Positions 8,785 through 18,864 are shown, counted from the first letter of the stretch. The stretch is 57,772 nt of DNA from Eubacteriales bacterium (GCA_045632705.1 JAZQXE010000086.1:1-57772); one strand, 5' to 3'. Numbers and translations: made by a program. Notes: generated from the letters alone by a model not told the origin.

Positions 8785-11085
8785 ATGTTAAAAAAGATAA
8801 CGCCCATAGTTGAGGTGTTGATACTTGCTTTTATGTGTGCGCTTTTCGTCGTAAACGGTTTTTCTGACAGAAACGAAAGCGTTTCACCGTCGGCACAAGC
8901 CACCGAAACGAACATCCACGGCGGACTGCACTCCATATACGAGTTAAACGGTGAATCCGACCCGATCGACTCGCATAGCGGAGTAACGAGCGTCAGCACC
9001 CTTGAGCTTGACTATCGAAACTCATATTTCATTAAAAACGAAGAGATGTTGGAGAGCGGTTACCTCTGGTATCCGAGAATGAAGCGTCTCTCCGACGGAA
9101 GCTATATTCTCTTCTTTCAGGACGGAAGATGGGGCCCCAACGTCTACTACACCCGCTCCCCCGACGGATACAACTGGGACGAGCCGACGATACTCTTTGA
9201 GAGTCACCTTAGCTACAACAACAGATACAAGCGCCTTTACGCTACCTGTGACGCCATTGAGCTTGAAAACGGCAATATCGTGGTAGCGGCTATCTTCCAT
9301 CCAAACAGAGTCACAAACTCAGACGTGCCGAGCAGATGGCTGATGAGCGAGAAAGGTATAGTCACAAAGCTCTCACGTGACGGCGGAGATACCTGGACCG
9401 AGCAGCAGATAATATATTACGGCAGATGCTGGGAGCCGAGCTTTTTACAGCTTCCCGACGGCTCGGTGCAGTTGTACTTTACCCAAAGCGCTCCCAAGGA
9501 CGCAATGTACACAAGCGCTATGGGAAGTCACGTATCAAGCGGCGTTGGACTGATAACCTCCCGCGATAACGGAGAGACCTGGACTCCCATAACGACTACC
9601 TATCCTTACGTCACCACGCGTATTGCGCAGCAATACATCTATACAAACGAAAACGGCATTGAAATAATGACCGACCAGATGCCCGTAGCGATACTGCTCC
9701 ACGATCAAAAAACGATTGTAATGGCGGTGGAAAGCCTCAAAGGCTTTGGCTTGGGACATAATACGTCAATAATCCGCTCGCACGACTTTTTCTCAACCTC
9801 CCTTGCCGAAAACGAGACGGGCCCCTACGACAGAGATAATATGCTACTGCCGGGCCCCGCACCCTATATCGTTCAATTCCCCTCGGGAGAGATAGCGGTA
9901 TCGAATACCAAAAAGGTATATATCGGAAACGAGCTCGGTACGGAGTTTAACACCGGCCGCGGATTTAATCTATATCCCTTCCAGAGTCAAGCAACGTGGG
10001 GTGACCTTTTCGTCGTTGACAGTCACGTCCTCACCGCTACCGCGGGCGACACGATAATAGAAGGCAACGGTCAGACAAATCTGAGATCGAACGGCATCGG
10101 AGTCTCGCGTCTTATTCTCAACCACCGTATAGACGCAAAGACCGCAACGATGACGGCAGACGCTAACACTCTCGATTGGTACGACAATACCGACGCGCTC
10201 TTCGTCGGAAGCATCAACCAGGCGCAAACGTCGATACGCGTTGCACACGACGACGAAAACGTATATTTCCTCTTTGAGCATCTTGACTATAACCTTCAGG
10301 AAAAGGACGAATTCGTATTTTTCGTATACTCCGAGAATAACTCGCAAAAATACAGAGTAAAGGCAAACGTCAGGGGAGTATACGAGTTTGCGCAAGTATC
10401 GGGAGGCACCCGCATACTCACCTCCCTCTGCAATTCAAGCGCCAAGGTCTACGGAACGGTAGGCAACTCCTCCGATACGGACGAAGGACTGATCATTGAG
10501 TTTTCCGTACCAAAGAGCCTTTTTGGCACAGCTGACGCATTGCGCGTATTTATGAAAATGTACGGAAACGACGGAGGCGAAACGTTCGCGTGGGACGGAT
10601 TTAACGGACTCACCGAGAGCAATACCTCAACTTGGCATATCGTAAGGCTGAGCGATGACGTGGCAAGCACTACTCCTCCCGTAAACGACGGTGGGAATGA
10701 TGCGGACACGACCAACCCCCTCGATACCGACTATCCGAAAGACACAACGGACTCAACTACCGTAACCGATACGGGCGCGGATACAGAAACGTCAACCGAC
10801 ACCGAGACGTCAACGGATAGCACGACGGACAAGGTCACGGATACGGACAAGGCGCCGGACACGGACAAGGCGCCGGACACGAGTGCCTCTACCGACGACG
10901 CCACCGATACTACGGGTACGGAGTCAAGCGAAAAGGCACCGACCGACTCTTCGGGACAGACAAACCTCCCCGATAAATACCAAAGCACCGACAAAACGGC
11001 TGAATACGTCGTCATCGCCGTATCCTGCGCCGTAACGATAGCTGCGCTCATCGTCGGAGCTATCATCACTAAAAAGAAAAAGTAA
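8785..11085 (+). CDS. Paralog of the Asp-box propeller + CBM9-like protein, with a Thr/Asp-rich linker and a C-terminal transmembrane anchor
   Basis: 766 aa, SD GGAGG upstream. Long blocks are shared with the upstream gene (CWEPSFLQLPDGSVQ.YFTQS.PKDA, IIRSHDFF, QFPSGEIA.SN, LNHRIDAK). The tail is ...YVVIAVSCAVTIAALIVGAIITKKKK. Confidence 0.85.
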   Translation: MLKKITPIVEVLILAFMCALFVVNGFSDRNESVSPSAQATETNIHGGLHSIYELNGESDPIDSHSGVTSVSTLELDYRNSYFIKNEEMLESGYLWYPRMKRLSDGSYILFFQDGRWGPNVYYTRSPDGYNWDEPTILFESHLSYNNRYKRLYATCDAIELENGNIVVAAIFHPNRVTNSDVPSRWLMSEKGIVTKLSRDGGDTWTEQQIIYYGRCWEPSFLQLPDGSVQLYFTQSAPKDAMYTSAMGSHVSSGVGLITSRDNGETWTPITTTYPYVTTRIAQQYIYTNENGIEIMTDQMPVAILLHDQKTIVMAVESLKGFGLGHNTSIIRSHDFFSTSLAENETGPYDRDNMLLPGPAPYIVQFPSGEIAVSNTKKVYIGNELGTEFNTGRGFNLYPFQSQATWGDLFVVDSHVLTATAGDTIIEGNGQTNLRSNGIGVSRLILNHRIDAKTATMTADANTLDWYDNTDALFVGSINQAQTSIRVAHDDENVYFLFEHLDYNLQEKDEFVFFVYSENNSQKYRVKANVRGVYEFAQVSGGTRILTSLCNSSAKVYGTVGNSSDTDEGLIIEFSVPKSLFGTADALRVFMKMYGNDGGETFAWDGFNGLTESNTSTWHIVRLSDDVASTTPPVNDGGNDADTTNPLDTDYPKDTTDSTTVTDTGADTETSTDTETSTDSTTDKVTDTDKAPDTDKAPDTSASTDDATDTTGTESSEKAPTDSSGQTNLPDKYQSTDKTAEYVVIAVSCAVTIAALIVGAIITKKKK
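10690..10990 (+). repeat. Low-complexity Thr/Asp/Ser-rich coding region with short tandem units
   Basis: Encodes TDTETSTDTETSTD... and DTDKAPDTDKAPDT. The nucleotide unit GACACGGACAAGGCGCCG is repeated around 10843-10880. Confidence 0.7.
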
Positions 11086-11117
11086 AAAGCATCGTTTATA
11101 GCGTCAAAAACAAAAAA

Positions 11118-11148
11118 AGTGAAGAACGTACCGTTCTTCACTTTTTTT
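11118..11148 (+). terminator. Rho-independent terminator after the anchored paralog
   Basis: Arms AGTGAAGAACG and CGTTCTTCACT with loop TAC, then a T-run. Confidence 0.8.
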
Positions 11149-11237
11149 CTTTACCCGCCGCAACTGTACTGTTTATCGTACAGTTATTTGTGTATACTTA
11201 AAGCATAAAGAAGATAACGCGAAAGGACACGGACGGA

Positions 11238-11510
11238 ATGATCATACTTTCACTTTCAATATGCTCGCTCTTTGAGCTTGAGCTTTTACATACAGTTTTG
11301 TTTACCGTTTTGTTTTCAACCCTCGGATACTCTGCGATCATCTATCTGAAGCTGAAATTCTCACTTTGGGAGGACGAGCGTGAATATATCGAGCTCTCAC
11401 TCTCAAAAGTAAAAACGATACTGCACGGCATCGGCTCGTTTTTTATGCCGAGAAGAAGCACGCTCTGGCGTTTGTTTTGCAGATGTATTCTCGCTTTTAT
11501 AAGTGATTGA
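11238..11510 (+). CDS. Hypothetical small hydrophobic protein (doubtful)
   Basis: 90-aa ORF in an otherwise empty interval. Weak SD and no recognisable family. Confidence 0.25.
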   Translation: MIILSLSICSLFELELLHTVLFTVLFSTLGYSAIIYLKLKFSLWEDEREYIELSLSKVKTILHGIGSFFMPRRSTLWRLFCRCILAFISD

Positions 11511-11521
11511 CTCAAAAAGAA

Positions 11522-11563
11522 AAACAGCCGTGAAAAGCAATACGCTTTTCACGGCTGTTTTCG
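11522..11563. terminator. Bidirectional terminator downstream of the lactate permease gene
   Basis: Arms AACAGCCGTGAAAAGC and GCTTTTCACGGCTGTT, with T-rich tracts on both strands. Confidence 0.8.
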
Positions 11564-11575
11564 TTATTATTTACT

Positions 11576-13252
11576 TTAGAACGACGTGGGAGCGAAACCG
11601 AAGACGTAGACGAGCACTACGACGGTAACGAGAGCAACCAACGTATACACGATCATAGGAATAACGTTGGTCTTGATTATCTTACCCTCTGCACCCGTAG
11701 TACCAACGGTCGCACACGCCGCAACGACGTTGTTGATGCAGGTTATGTTACCGATAGCACCGCCGACTACCTGGAGTGCAACGACTGCAACGGTAGAAAG
11801 TCCGAGTTGTGCCGCGGTATCGTACTGAAGATTGGTAAAGAGGACGTTCGATACGGTATTTGATCCCGAAATGAACGCACCGAGCACACCGATAAAGGGT
11901 GCGATAACGATATACGCCTTACCTGCAAGATCTGCGAGGAACTTAGCCATTATCGTCATCATTCCGTCTACCGACTCGGTAGCGGAGTTCTTCATTATCT
12001 GAACGAGCGCAACGCCGAATGCGATAGCGATAGCGGCACCCGCGATCTGCTTGAGCGAGTCTACCCACGCCTCTTTTACTGCCTTAGCCGACATCTTGTG
12101 TATCGGAATAGTAAGAATAGCAACGAGCATAAAGGGAATGATACCGGGAAGCCAGAGCGGCTTGAATGCATAGGATGCTCCCGAAACACCGAGTATATCC
12201 TTTACGTTTATTGCCATACCCGAGAGGATAGCCTTTACTCCGAGAGCGTCTATTCTCGTAACGACGAGAATAATAGCAATAAGAACGTAAGGGATCCAAG
12301 CGCGTACCAGAGACATCTTAACACCCTCGTCCTCGCTCTTGTCCTCAGCGCTTACTACCTTGCTCTTCCATGACTCATCCCACTCGGACTCGTCTGCAAA
12401 GCTCCAAGCCTTCTTCGGAACGAGGAAGCCTGCCTTTGCGGCAAGAATGGTAAGGATAAGACCGATTATAGCGGAGAACAGAGACGGGAATTCGGGACCG
12501 AGCACTGCCGCGATGATAACGTAGGGAACTGCAAAGCACAGACCTGCGAAGAATGCAAACGGGAATACCTCAAGTGCGGGCTTGAAGCTCTTTTCCTTGC
12601 CGTAGAACTTGGTAAGTATCGCAATACCTACGAAAGGAAGGAAGAGTGCAAACGCCATGTGAGGAATAGCAGACCAGAGCGTAAGCTCCGACTGATAAGC
12701 GTCAACGCTGATCGACGAGCCTGCCAAAGTGTCCTTGAGCTGATTGATGCTCGTGATAACGGGAGTACCGACCGCACCGAACGATACGGCTGCACTATCG
12801 TAGATGAGAGCAACGGTAGCAGCTGCAAGAGGGGGGAATCCAAGGCTCACGAGAAGAGGACCTGCAAGTGCTGCGGGAGTTCCGTATCCTGCGCCGCCCT
12901 CGATAAAGGAGCCAAACATAAATCCGATTATGATAGCCTGGATACGCTTATCGGAAGAAACGCTTCTGAATCCAAGCTTGATAGCTGACATAGCACCCGA
13001 TTTTTTCAGCGTATTCATAACGAGAATAGCACCGAAGATAACGAGAGTAGAGTCGAGTGAATTCAAAAATCCGGCAAACGTCTGTCCTACTACGTCAATA
13101 ACATCCATCTTCCAGACCGCGACACCGAAAATTGCACACATTGCCCATGCAAGCGGCAACGCTCTCTTTGCGGGCCAGTTGAATCCTGCCATAAGTACGA
13201 TAGTAACGAGTATTGGTAAAAACGCAAGTAAAGCCAAAAGTGTCGTTGACAT
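11576..13252 (-). CDS. lctP: L-lactate permease (LctP family)
   Basis: Polytopic protein starting [36 protein letters not shown], typical of LctP/LldP. Start placed at ATG 13252 (SD AAAGAGGA 7 nt upstream) rather than the ORF-track 13282. Confidence 0.85.
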   Translation of the reverse strand: MSTTLLALLAFLPILVTIVLMAGFNWPAKRALPLAWAMCAIFGVAVWKMDVIDVVGQTFAGFLNSLDSTLVIFGAILVMNTLKKSGAMSAIKLGFRSVSSDKRIQAIIIGFMFGSFIEGGAGYGTPAALAGPLLVSLGFPPLAAATVALIYDSAAVSFGAVGTPVITSINQLKDTLAGSSISVDAYQSELTLWSAIPHMAFALFLPFVGIAILTKFYGKEKSFKPALEVFPFAFFAGLCFAVPYVIIAAVLGPEFPSLFSAIIGLILTILAAKAGFLVPKKAWSFADESEWDESWKSKVVSAEDKSEDEGVKMSLVRAWIPYVLIAIILVVTRIDALGVKAILSGMAINVKDILGVSGASYAFKPLWLPGIIPFMLVAILTIPIHKMSAKAVKEAWVDSLKQIAGAAIAIAFGVALVQIMKNSATESVDGMMTIMAKFLADLAGKAYIVIAPFIGVLGAFISGSNTVSNVLFTNLQYDTAAQLGLSTVAVVALQVVGGAIGNITCINNVVAACATVGTTGAEGKIIKTNVIPMIVYTLVALVTVVVLVYVFGFAPTSF

Positions 13253-13431
13253 TTTTGTATCCTCTTTCATTTTATAATTCATAGGTCAAGGCAAAAAGCC
13301 ATAGTAATTACCATACCTATAGATTATACTACCTCGTCATTTTTTAGTCAATTCATATTTTTATAGTTTTTTTACAAATGGGAATAGCATTTTTAATATA
13401 TAATGCACAAAAGGCAAAAAACTTTAACGAG

Positions 13432-14766
13432 TCATCTGCCAAGTTGTGCAATATATGCCCAAGTAGAAGCTCCGACTATTCCGTTAGCCTCAAGCCCTCC
13501 GAAGCGTTGTGCCGCCACGACAGCGTCGTAGGTAGCCTGACCAAACGAGCCGTCGACGCTTACCTGTGGAATAGGCGCTCCGTTTTCGGCGGCGCGGTTG
13601 ATGAGAGTCTGCAAGTCCTCCACCTCCCTGCCCTGACTGCCGATAGCCACAGCAGTGCCGGGGTATATTTCTATCGCGTCAATATCAAAGCGCTCGGGGA
13701 TCACCCTTACCGCTTGCTCGTAGAGTGAGTCTAACACCAACCACGTCGCACGGTCTACGATACCGTTTTCCTCAAGACCGTTTTGCGATTGAACGTAGCG
13801 CACCGCCCTCTCCGTCTCCTCACCGAATATTCCGTCAACTGCTACCGCAGGATACGAAGCGTCAAAGAAGGCAAGAGTGGCGAGATATATCTGAAGGCTC
13901 CTGACGTACGCCCCGCTATCTCCGATAGACAACCGCGAAGCAAAGAGAGCTGTTGCCTCCTCGGGAGATACCCCCTCACTCGTAACCTCCGACAGACGCT
14001 TGACGGCGTTGTATATCGCCTTTATCTTATACCAGCTCGCCTTGCCTACTATTCCGTCTACGTCAAGACCAAACACAGACTGAAAGTCCCGCACGGCGTT
14101 TTCCGTCTGCGGACCGTAAACCCCGTTAACTATCGGTATCTTTGATATCGAGGGGTAGTTATCGGATATTCTGTTCAGCTCGTACTGAATTATGCGCACT
14201 TCCTCAAAGACGTCACCGAGCCTCAGCGGCACTCCGGGGTAGGACGAGCCGAGCTCGCTGACGGGCGCGTTATAAATTATGTCTATATCCTCACCGTAGT
14301 AATTTTGCAATATCTCGTATGCAAGATACCCCTGTTCTGCAAGTTCAAGGCTCCCCCATTGCGAAAGTCCTCTGCATTGCACCTCTATGCCGTCGCAATA
14401 GGCGGCAAACAGAGGTTCAACGCTACCGCGTCTGACTATGTAGTCGTTAAACGTCTGGTCAACGATACGCGAGACGTTGTCAAATATATCCCTGCCCTCA
14501 ATATAGCTCTGGTCGTAGGCGGTGGAGTTCGTAATATCAAAGTCGTACCCTCTTGCCCTGTAATACTCCGTATAAACACGGTTGAGAGCAAAGGAAGTCT
14601 GTGCGAGAATATTCGCCCTGAGCGCCGCGTCGGGCCAGGTAGGATACACCTCGCTTGAGGCGACGTTTTTTATATAATCCGCAAACGGTACGCGGACGTT
14701 GAGAGCGTCGGAATCGGGCGAGCCGAGATGTACCGTGATATATTCGGGAACAACCGCAACTGCCAT
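13432..14766 (-). CDS. Peptidoglycan-binding protein: SpoIID/LytB-like N-terminal domain plus three PG_binding_1 repeats
   Basis: 444 aa. N-terminal YIKNVASSEVYPTWPDAALRANILAQTSFALNRVY resembles the SpoIID signature. There are three repeats of the LQ..L......DG.FG..T..AV..FQ type. Confidence 0.7.
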   Translation of the reverse strand: MAVAVVPEYITVHLGSPDSDALNVRVPFADYIKNVASSEVYPTWPDAALRANILAQTSFALNRVYTEYYRARGYDFDITNSTAYDQSYIEGRDIFDNVSRIVDQTFNDYIVRRGSVEPLFAAYCDGIEVQCRGLSQWGSLELAEQGYLAYEILQNYYGEDIDIIYNAPVSELGSSYPGVPLRLGDVFEEVRIIQYELNRISDNYPSISKIPIVNGVYGPQTENAVRDFQSVFGLDVDGIVGKASWYKIKAIYNAVKRLSEVTSEGVSPEEATALFASRLSIGDSGAYVRSLQIYLATLAFFDASYPAVAVDGIFGEETERAVRYVQSQNGLEENGIVDRATWLVLDSLYEQAVRVIPERFDIDAIEIYPGTAVAIGSQGREVEDLQTLINRAAENGAPIPQVSVDGSFGQATYDAVVAAQRFGGLEANGIVGASTWAYIAQLGR

Positions 14767-14770
14767 ATCG

Positions 14771-15331
14771 TCACCCCTCTGCCGCTCGCATCGTGATCGG
14801 TTGTACCGATCTTACCGAACTGAACACGGGTACGTTTTCTACCACCAGCTCCTCGAGTCCCTCTCTGTACGCGCGCACCGAGTAATCGGCAAACGGCTCA
14901 CGCCTGCCCTCCGAAAGCGAGTTTTCACGCGGAGGCGCGGGCAAAAGCATATCTCCCGCAATTCCGTCGGCGTTGGTCACGTCGGTATAAAAAACGTGTC
15001 TGCCCTCGGGAAAGTCCTTGTACACCTCTACGTTTACGTTGACAAGCGGTATGCTCCCCTCTCCCGCACTCACCCACACGCGCAGTACGCCCTCTCCCGT
15101 ATTGCTTTTAAGAAACTGCGCATAGCTCGTCTCGGCGTCGGCGGCGTGCGGCGCGTCGAGCACCTGCGGGGGATCCTTTACTATTTCCCTTGTCAAATCT
15201 TCCCTCACTCGAGCGTCCGCTCCGACGCTCTCGGAGTCGGACGCACTCGTCTGCGACGAAGCGTGCGCCGTGGATGTCAGCTCGCGCGTGTGAGGAGAAA
15301 ATATTTTTTTGTTTTTCTTTGAAATATACAC
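14771..15331 (-). CDS. Hypothetical protein, carboxypeptidase-regulatory-like beta-sandwich C-terminus (operonic with the PG-binding gene)
   Basis: Start placed at GTG 15331 (GGAGG 6 nt upstream). C-terminal LRVWVSAGEGSIPLVNVNVEVYKD...YTDVTNADG. There are only 4 nt before the downstream gene. Confidence 0.5.
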   Translation of the reverse strand: MYISKKNKKIFSPHTRELTSTAHASSQTSASDSESVGADARVREDLTREIVKDPPQVLDAPHAADAETSYAQFLKSNTGEGVLRVWVSAGEGSIPLVNVNVEVYKDFPEGRHVFYTDVTNADGIAGDMLLPAPPRENSLSEGRREPFADYSVRAYREGLEELVVENVPVFSSVRSVQPITMRAAEG

Positions 15332-15573
15332 AAAACACCTCCGAAAACAATTGAAGTACACTAATAATCTTATTCCCGCGTCAGCTTTTCGTTACATTTT
15401 GTGCGAGTGCGTTTACACAAAATCCGATAAATGCGTCTTCTGTACGAGCAAAAAGCAAACAAGTTGATTTTTCTTACTTAAAATCTCTGCCTTATACTTG
15501 CAAAACGCTCGGTTTTATTATAAAATCATAGTGTATGAACTTCAAAAAATTCAAAGCGAAAAGGAATTTTAAA

Positions 15574-17466
15574 ATGGCAAATTACATCATAAACGAAAAA
15601 GAACTCGAGTTCATCATAGAGTGTGAGGGTACCGCTATCGCAAAGATCAGCAAAATGGCGGGTGCCACCGACTCCTTTTGCGAGATAGAGGAAGGCGTCT
15701 GGCGCTGGACGAGAGTTACCGACGTTCCCACCGATACTATGAGAATGGAGCTCGATACCTGCTTTGCTCCCGAATACACGATGATCCCCGCGCTCAACTA
15801 TAACGGCAACGGCTGGGGTGACAGCGTAGAATATACGGGCGACAGCATAAACGGTATGCCCTGGAAATATTCGTATCACAGAACGACCATTCCCTCGTGT
15901 ACCTACACCGAGGGTAAGAAATATGCAACGGCACTTATGGCAGAGGCAGACGACGAAAACTCCTGCTCTCTCTATCGCCCCGAGGGTGCCGACTTTGAGC
16001 GTCACGCACTAATCTGGCCCGAGCAGGAAGGCCCCAAAGTGCTCTACCGCCACGTATGGCACACACACGACTATATGGGCAGTATCGAGCCCCGTTGCAA
16101 GTTCGTTGGTATAATTATGACCTTCCCCGTTCTCCGTCAGCGTCATCAGTGCAAGGATCTTCTTGATTTTGCATGGCGTTACTACGGACACGAGATGAAC
16201 TGCGAGTTCACTCCGGAGCAGATGTGGACTCTCTCTATCGCGTTTATGAAATCACTCTGGACTCTCGAAAAGGACGGATTCGTCGCTTTCAACAGAGGAC
16301 TTCAGTGGTATAAGGATCAGTGCTTCTACGCAAAGAGAGACGCGATAAAGTACGAGATAGGCTGGGTAGGACAGAGCGCGTCCGCTTCAAATGCGCTTCT
16401 TGAAAACTACTTGCGCACAAACGACAAGGACTCACTCGAAAAGGCGGAAATGTGCCTTGACGCTTGGTGCAAGTTCTCAAAGTTTGAGGGTACCGAAAAG
16501 GGCCTTCGCTACATAAAGTTCGACGGTGCTCCCGTTGACCAGACTCGTGACATTCCCTTTGACGCCTGCAACCTCGGACAAGGGGCGGCTCAGATGTTTG
16601 AGGCTTACGACCTTATGAAGAAGATCGGAAAAGACAAGCCCGAATATCTCGAATACGCGTACGACGTTTGCCGTTTCGCGCTCGCTAACCAAAAAGAAAG
16701 CGGAGAATACGCAAAGAGCTGGAACCGCGACGGAAGCGTAAAGCAGCAGGACGGTACGATAGGTTGTTTCCTCATCCCCGCTATGCTCGAAGCTTACAAG
16801 CGCACGAGCGACAAGGCGTACCTCGACAGCGCAGTACGTGCGTTTGACTGCTACTACAAGGAGCTTGCAGACTACGGCTTTACAACGGCGGGAGCTCTCG
16901 ATACTTACTGTATAGACAAAGAATCCTCATCTCCCCTGCTCTCTGCTGCAATAGCTCTCTATGACGTTACGGGAGATAAGAAATACGTCAGCTGTGCCGA
17001 GGATATCGCATGGTATCTCTCAACCTGGATGATGCACTATACCGTTAAATATCCAGAGAACACCGTTCTCGGTGAGATAGGCTACGATACGCTCGGAGCG
17101 ACCGCAGTTTCTACCGCGCACAACGCCATAGACCAGTACGCGCTCCACGACGTACTCTCATTCCTCCGTCTTTACGAGATAACGGGATACGTACAGTGGA
17201 AGGAGAGAGCTCTTGCATTCTTCTACGGAGCAAGCCAGCTCATATCCGACGGTACTCTCTGCATCGCGGGAAGAGTCAGACCCGCTGGCTCTCAGGACGA
17301 GGCTATCTTCCATACCCGTTGGGGACGCCCCGGACTCGCTCCCTTCAATCCTTCGCAGTGGCTCGTTATGTGGCCCTGCGCGTTCAGAATGGAGATACTC
17401 CGTTACTCTGACAATTGGGACGTGCTCAGAGGGGGTCTCGACTCTATCGAGGGCAAAATAAACTAA
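15574..17466 (+). CDS. Uncharacterised cytoplasmic protein of about 630 aa, possibly an (alpha/alpha)6-toroid glycoside-hydrolase-like fold
   Basis: Long ORF with normal composition and no signal peptide. Start placed at ATG 15574 (SD AAAGGA). The fold guess rests only on repeated helical W/Y-rich segments. Confidence 0.6.
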   Translation: MANYIINEKELEFIIECEGTAIAKISKMAGATDSFCEIEEGVWRWTRVTDVPTDTMRMELDTCFAPEYTMIPALNYNGNGWGDSVEYTGDSINGMPWKYSYHRTTIPSCTYTEGKKYATALMAEADDENSCSLYRPEGADFERHALIWPEQEGPKVLYRHVWHTHDYMGSIEPRCKFVGIIMTFPVLRQRHQCKDLLDFAWRYYGHEMNCEFTPEQMWTLSIAFMKSLWTLEKDGFVAFNRGLQWYKDQCFYAKRDAIKYEIGWVGQSASASNALLENYLRTNDKDSLEKAEMCLDAWCKFSKFEGTEKGLRYIKFDGAPVDQTRDIPFDACNLGQGAAQMFEAYDLMKKIGKDKPEYLEYAYDVCRFALANQKESGEYAKSWNRDGSVKQQDGTIGCFLIPAMLEAYKRTSDKAYLDSAVRAFDCYYKELADYGFTTAGALDTYCIDKESSSPLLSAAIALYDVTGDKKYVSCAEDIAWYLSTWMMHYTVKYPENTVLGEIGYDTLGATAVSTAHNAIDQYALHDVLSFLRLYEITGYVQWKERALAFFYGASQLISDGTLCIAGRVRPAGSQDEAIFHTRWGRPGLAPFNPSQWLVMWPCAFRMEILRYSDNWDVLRGGLDSIEGKIN

Positions 17467-17483
17467 ACAATATAAAAGCGTCA

Positions 17484-17520
17484 AAAAGGCGGAGAATGTC
17501 AAACATTCTCCGCCTTTTTT
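17484..17520. terminator. Bidirectional intrinsic terminator
   Basis: Arms AAAAGGCGGAGAATG and CATTCTCCGCCTTTT with loop TCAAA, between convergent genes. Confidence 0.85.
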
Positions 17521-17579
17521 ATTGATCACAAGTTCTATTTATTGTTTTTCCCGCATTTTACATTTTACGTTCAGCGTAC

Positions 17580-18530
17580 TTATGCCGTGGGCTTACCCTC
17601 GACAAAGTTTTTTATCCACTCTATCGAGGGATTTTCTTTAAAATGTACAAGATCATACCTATAGTAAGCGCTTTCCTTTTCGTTATTAACAATAACTTCC
17701 ATGCTAGTTACAACGTCTTCAAACGGTACAATTTTACCGTTTTGATTATAGTACGTTTCGGTGACTTTAACTTTGTTTTCTCCACACTCCAAGTAATATA
17801 TAACTAAAACGCGAGTTGAACCGATTGATTCGTACTCTTCGGTAATTATTTTAACGTCAACGTCTTCTTTTTTTCCTGTCTCAACAATTGCAATATCGCT
17901 ATATACCTCGTCATCGCTTGAAAAACGCCCATCTTCATCCAAGGTTCCAAACACCAAAAGAAAATCATTTTGTGAAAAAGGTTCGTTGGCATCATAATCA
18001 ATTATCGGGTCTTTATATTTAAAATACACCGCCACCCGATTATCAACGATAAATGTTGCTTTGACTACCAAAATTTCAGACTGCTCACTATTTAATACCG
18101 GATTTTTATCGTATAACTCAAGATCCGGTAGAACGTATTTAGGTTTGCTATTCGAGTTAGCCTCTCTTCGGGCTAAAAGTAATAAATATTTTTTAGGCCA
18201 GTCATTGTTCATGACCATACTTTTGATCTCATCCCAGGTTTCCGGGAGGTCATATACCTTATAATTTGGTCCCGGTCCTCTACATGCTGCGTTATATGCT
18301 TTTTCATAGTCAACGCTCGGATCATATCCGATGAGATTGAGAACGTACGTTCCGTCCTCGCGTCGTACCGCTTGACCGGATAGCTTTTCAATAGGATCAA
18401 CTACACTGCCGCTATCAACGCTCGTGTCGGCGGTATCTATTGTAGAGTCATCCGTTATCTCTGCCGAACATCCTATCAGCACTACTATTGCCAAAATGCA
18501 CATCAGTATTATCGCTATTTTCTTTTTCAT
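17580..18530 (-). CDS. Orphan lipoprotein, function unknown (AT-rich gene)
   Basis: 316 aa. Lipoprotein signal MKKKIAIILMCILAIVVLIGCSAE. Sampled lines are about 33-37 % G+C, clearly below the neighbours. Confidence 0.7.
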   Translation of the reverse strand: MKKKIAIILMCILAIVVLIGCSAEITDDSTIDTADTSVDSGSVVDPIEKLSGQAVRREDGTYVLNLIGYDPSVDYEKAYNAACRGPGPNYKVYDLPETWDEIKSMVMNNDWPKKYLLLLARREANSNSKPKYVLPDLELYDKNPVLNSEQSEILVVKATFIVDNRVAVYFKYKDPIIDYDANEPFSQNDFLLVFGTLDEDGRFSSDDEVYSDIAIVETGKKEDVDVKIITEEYESIGSTRVLVIYYLECGENKVKVTETYYNQNGKIVPFEDVVTSMEVIVNNEKESAYYRYDLVHFKENPSIEWIKNFVEGKPTA

Positions 18531-18811
18531 TGTTGATCCTCCTCAGGTATTTATTTTTGATACAGACAAAAACAGCGCACAAACCCGACATCAACTGCGG
18601 CTTGTGCGCTTCACATGCTGTATTGTAGTTTTTCTCCCGACAAGAGAGTGCATGGTAACAGCACAACGCCGCGCGGCGTCGATATGATTGTCTTGTTTAC
18701 CATATTTCATCCCTCCCTTGTATTTCTACTTGCATTTTACCATTTATTAGATTTTTTGTCAACGCTTTTTGTGCAAAGCAGGGCAAATGCACAAAAGCTA
18801 TAAAAAAAGAA

Positions 18812-18864
18812 AGCGCCGCTGTGGGCTGCGCGCCCACGCCCCGCGACCTTTTCCAAAAAGGTCG
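18812..18864. repeat. GC-rich double-hairpin element in an AT-rich spacer (REP-like)
   Basis: GTGGGC-TGCGC-GCCCAC (18821-18837) followed by CGACCTTT-TCCAA-AAAGGTCG (18844-18864). Confidence 0.45.

Noticed and set aside
10731-11141. A 136-aa minus-strand ORF opposite the Thr/Asp-rich linker.
   Set aside because: It is an antisense artefact of the low-complexity repeat (a Ser/Val-rich mirror translation). It overlaps the terminator and the well-supported plus-strand gene.
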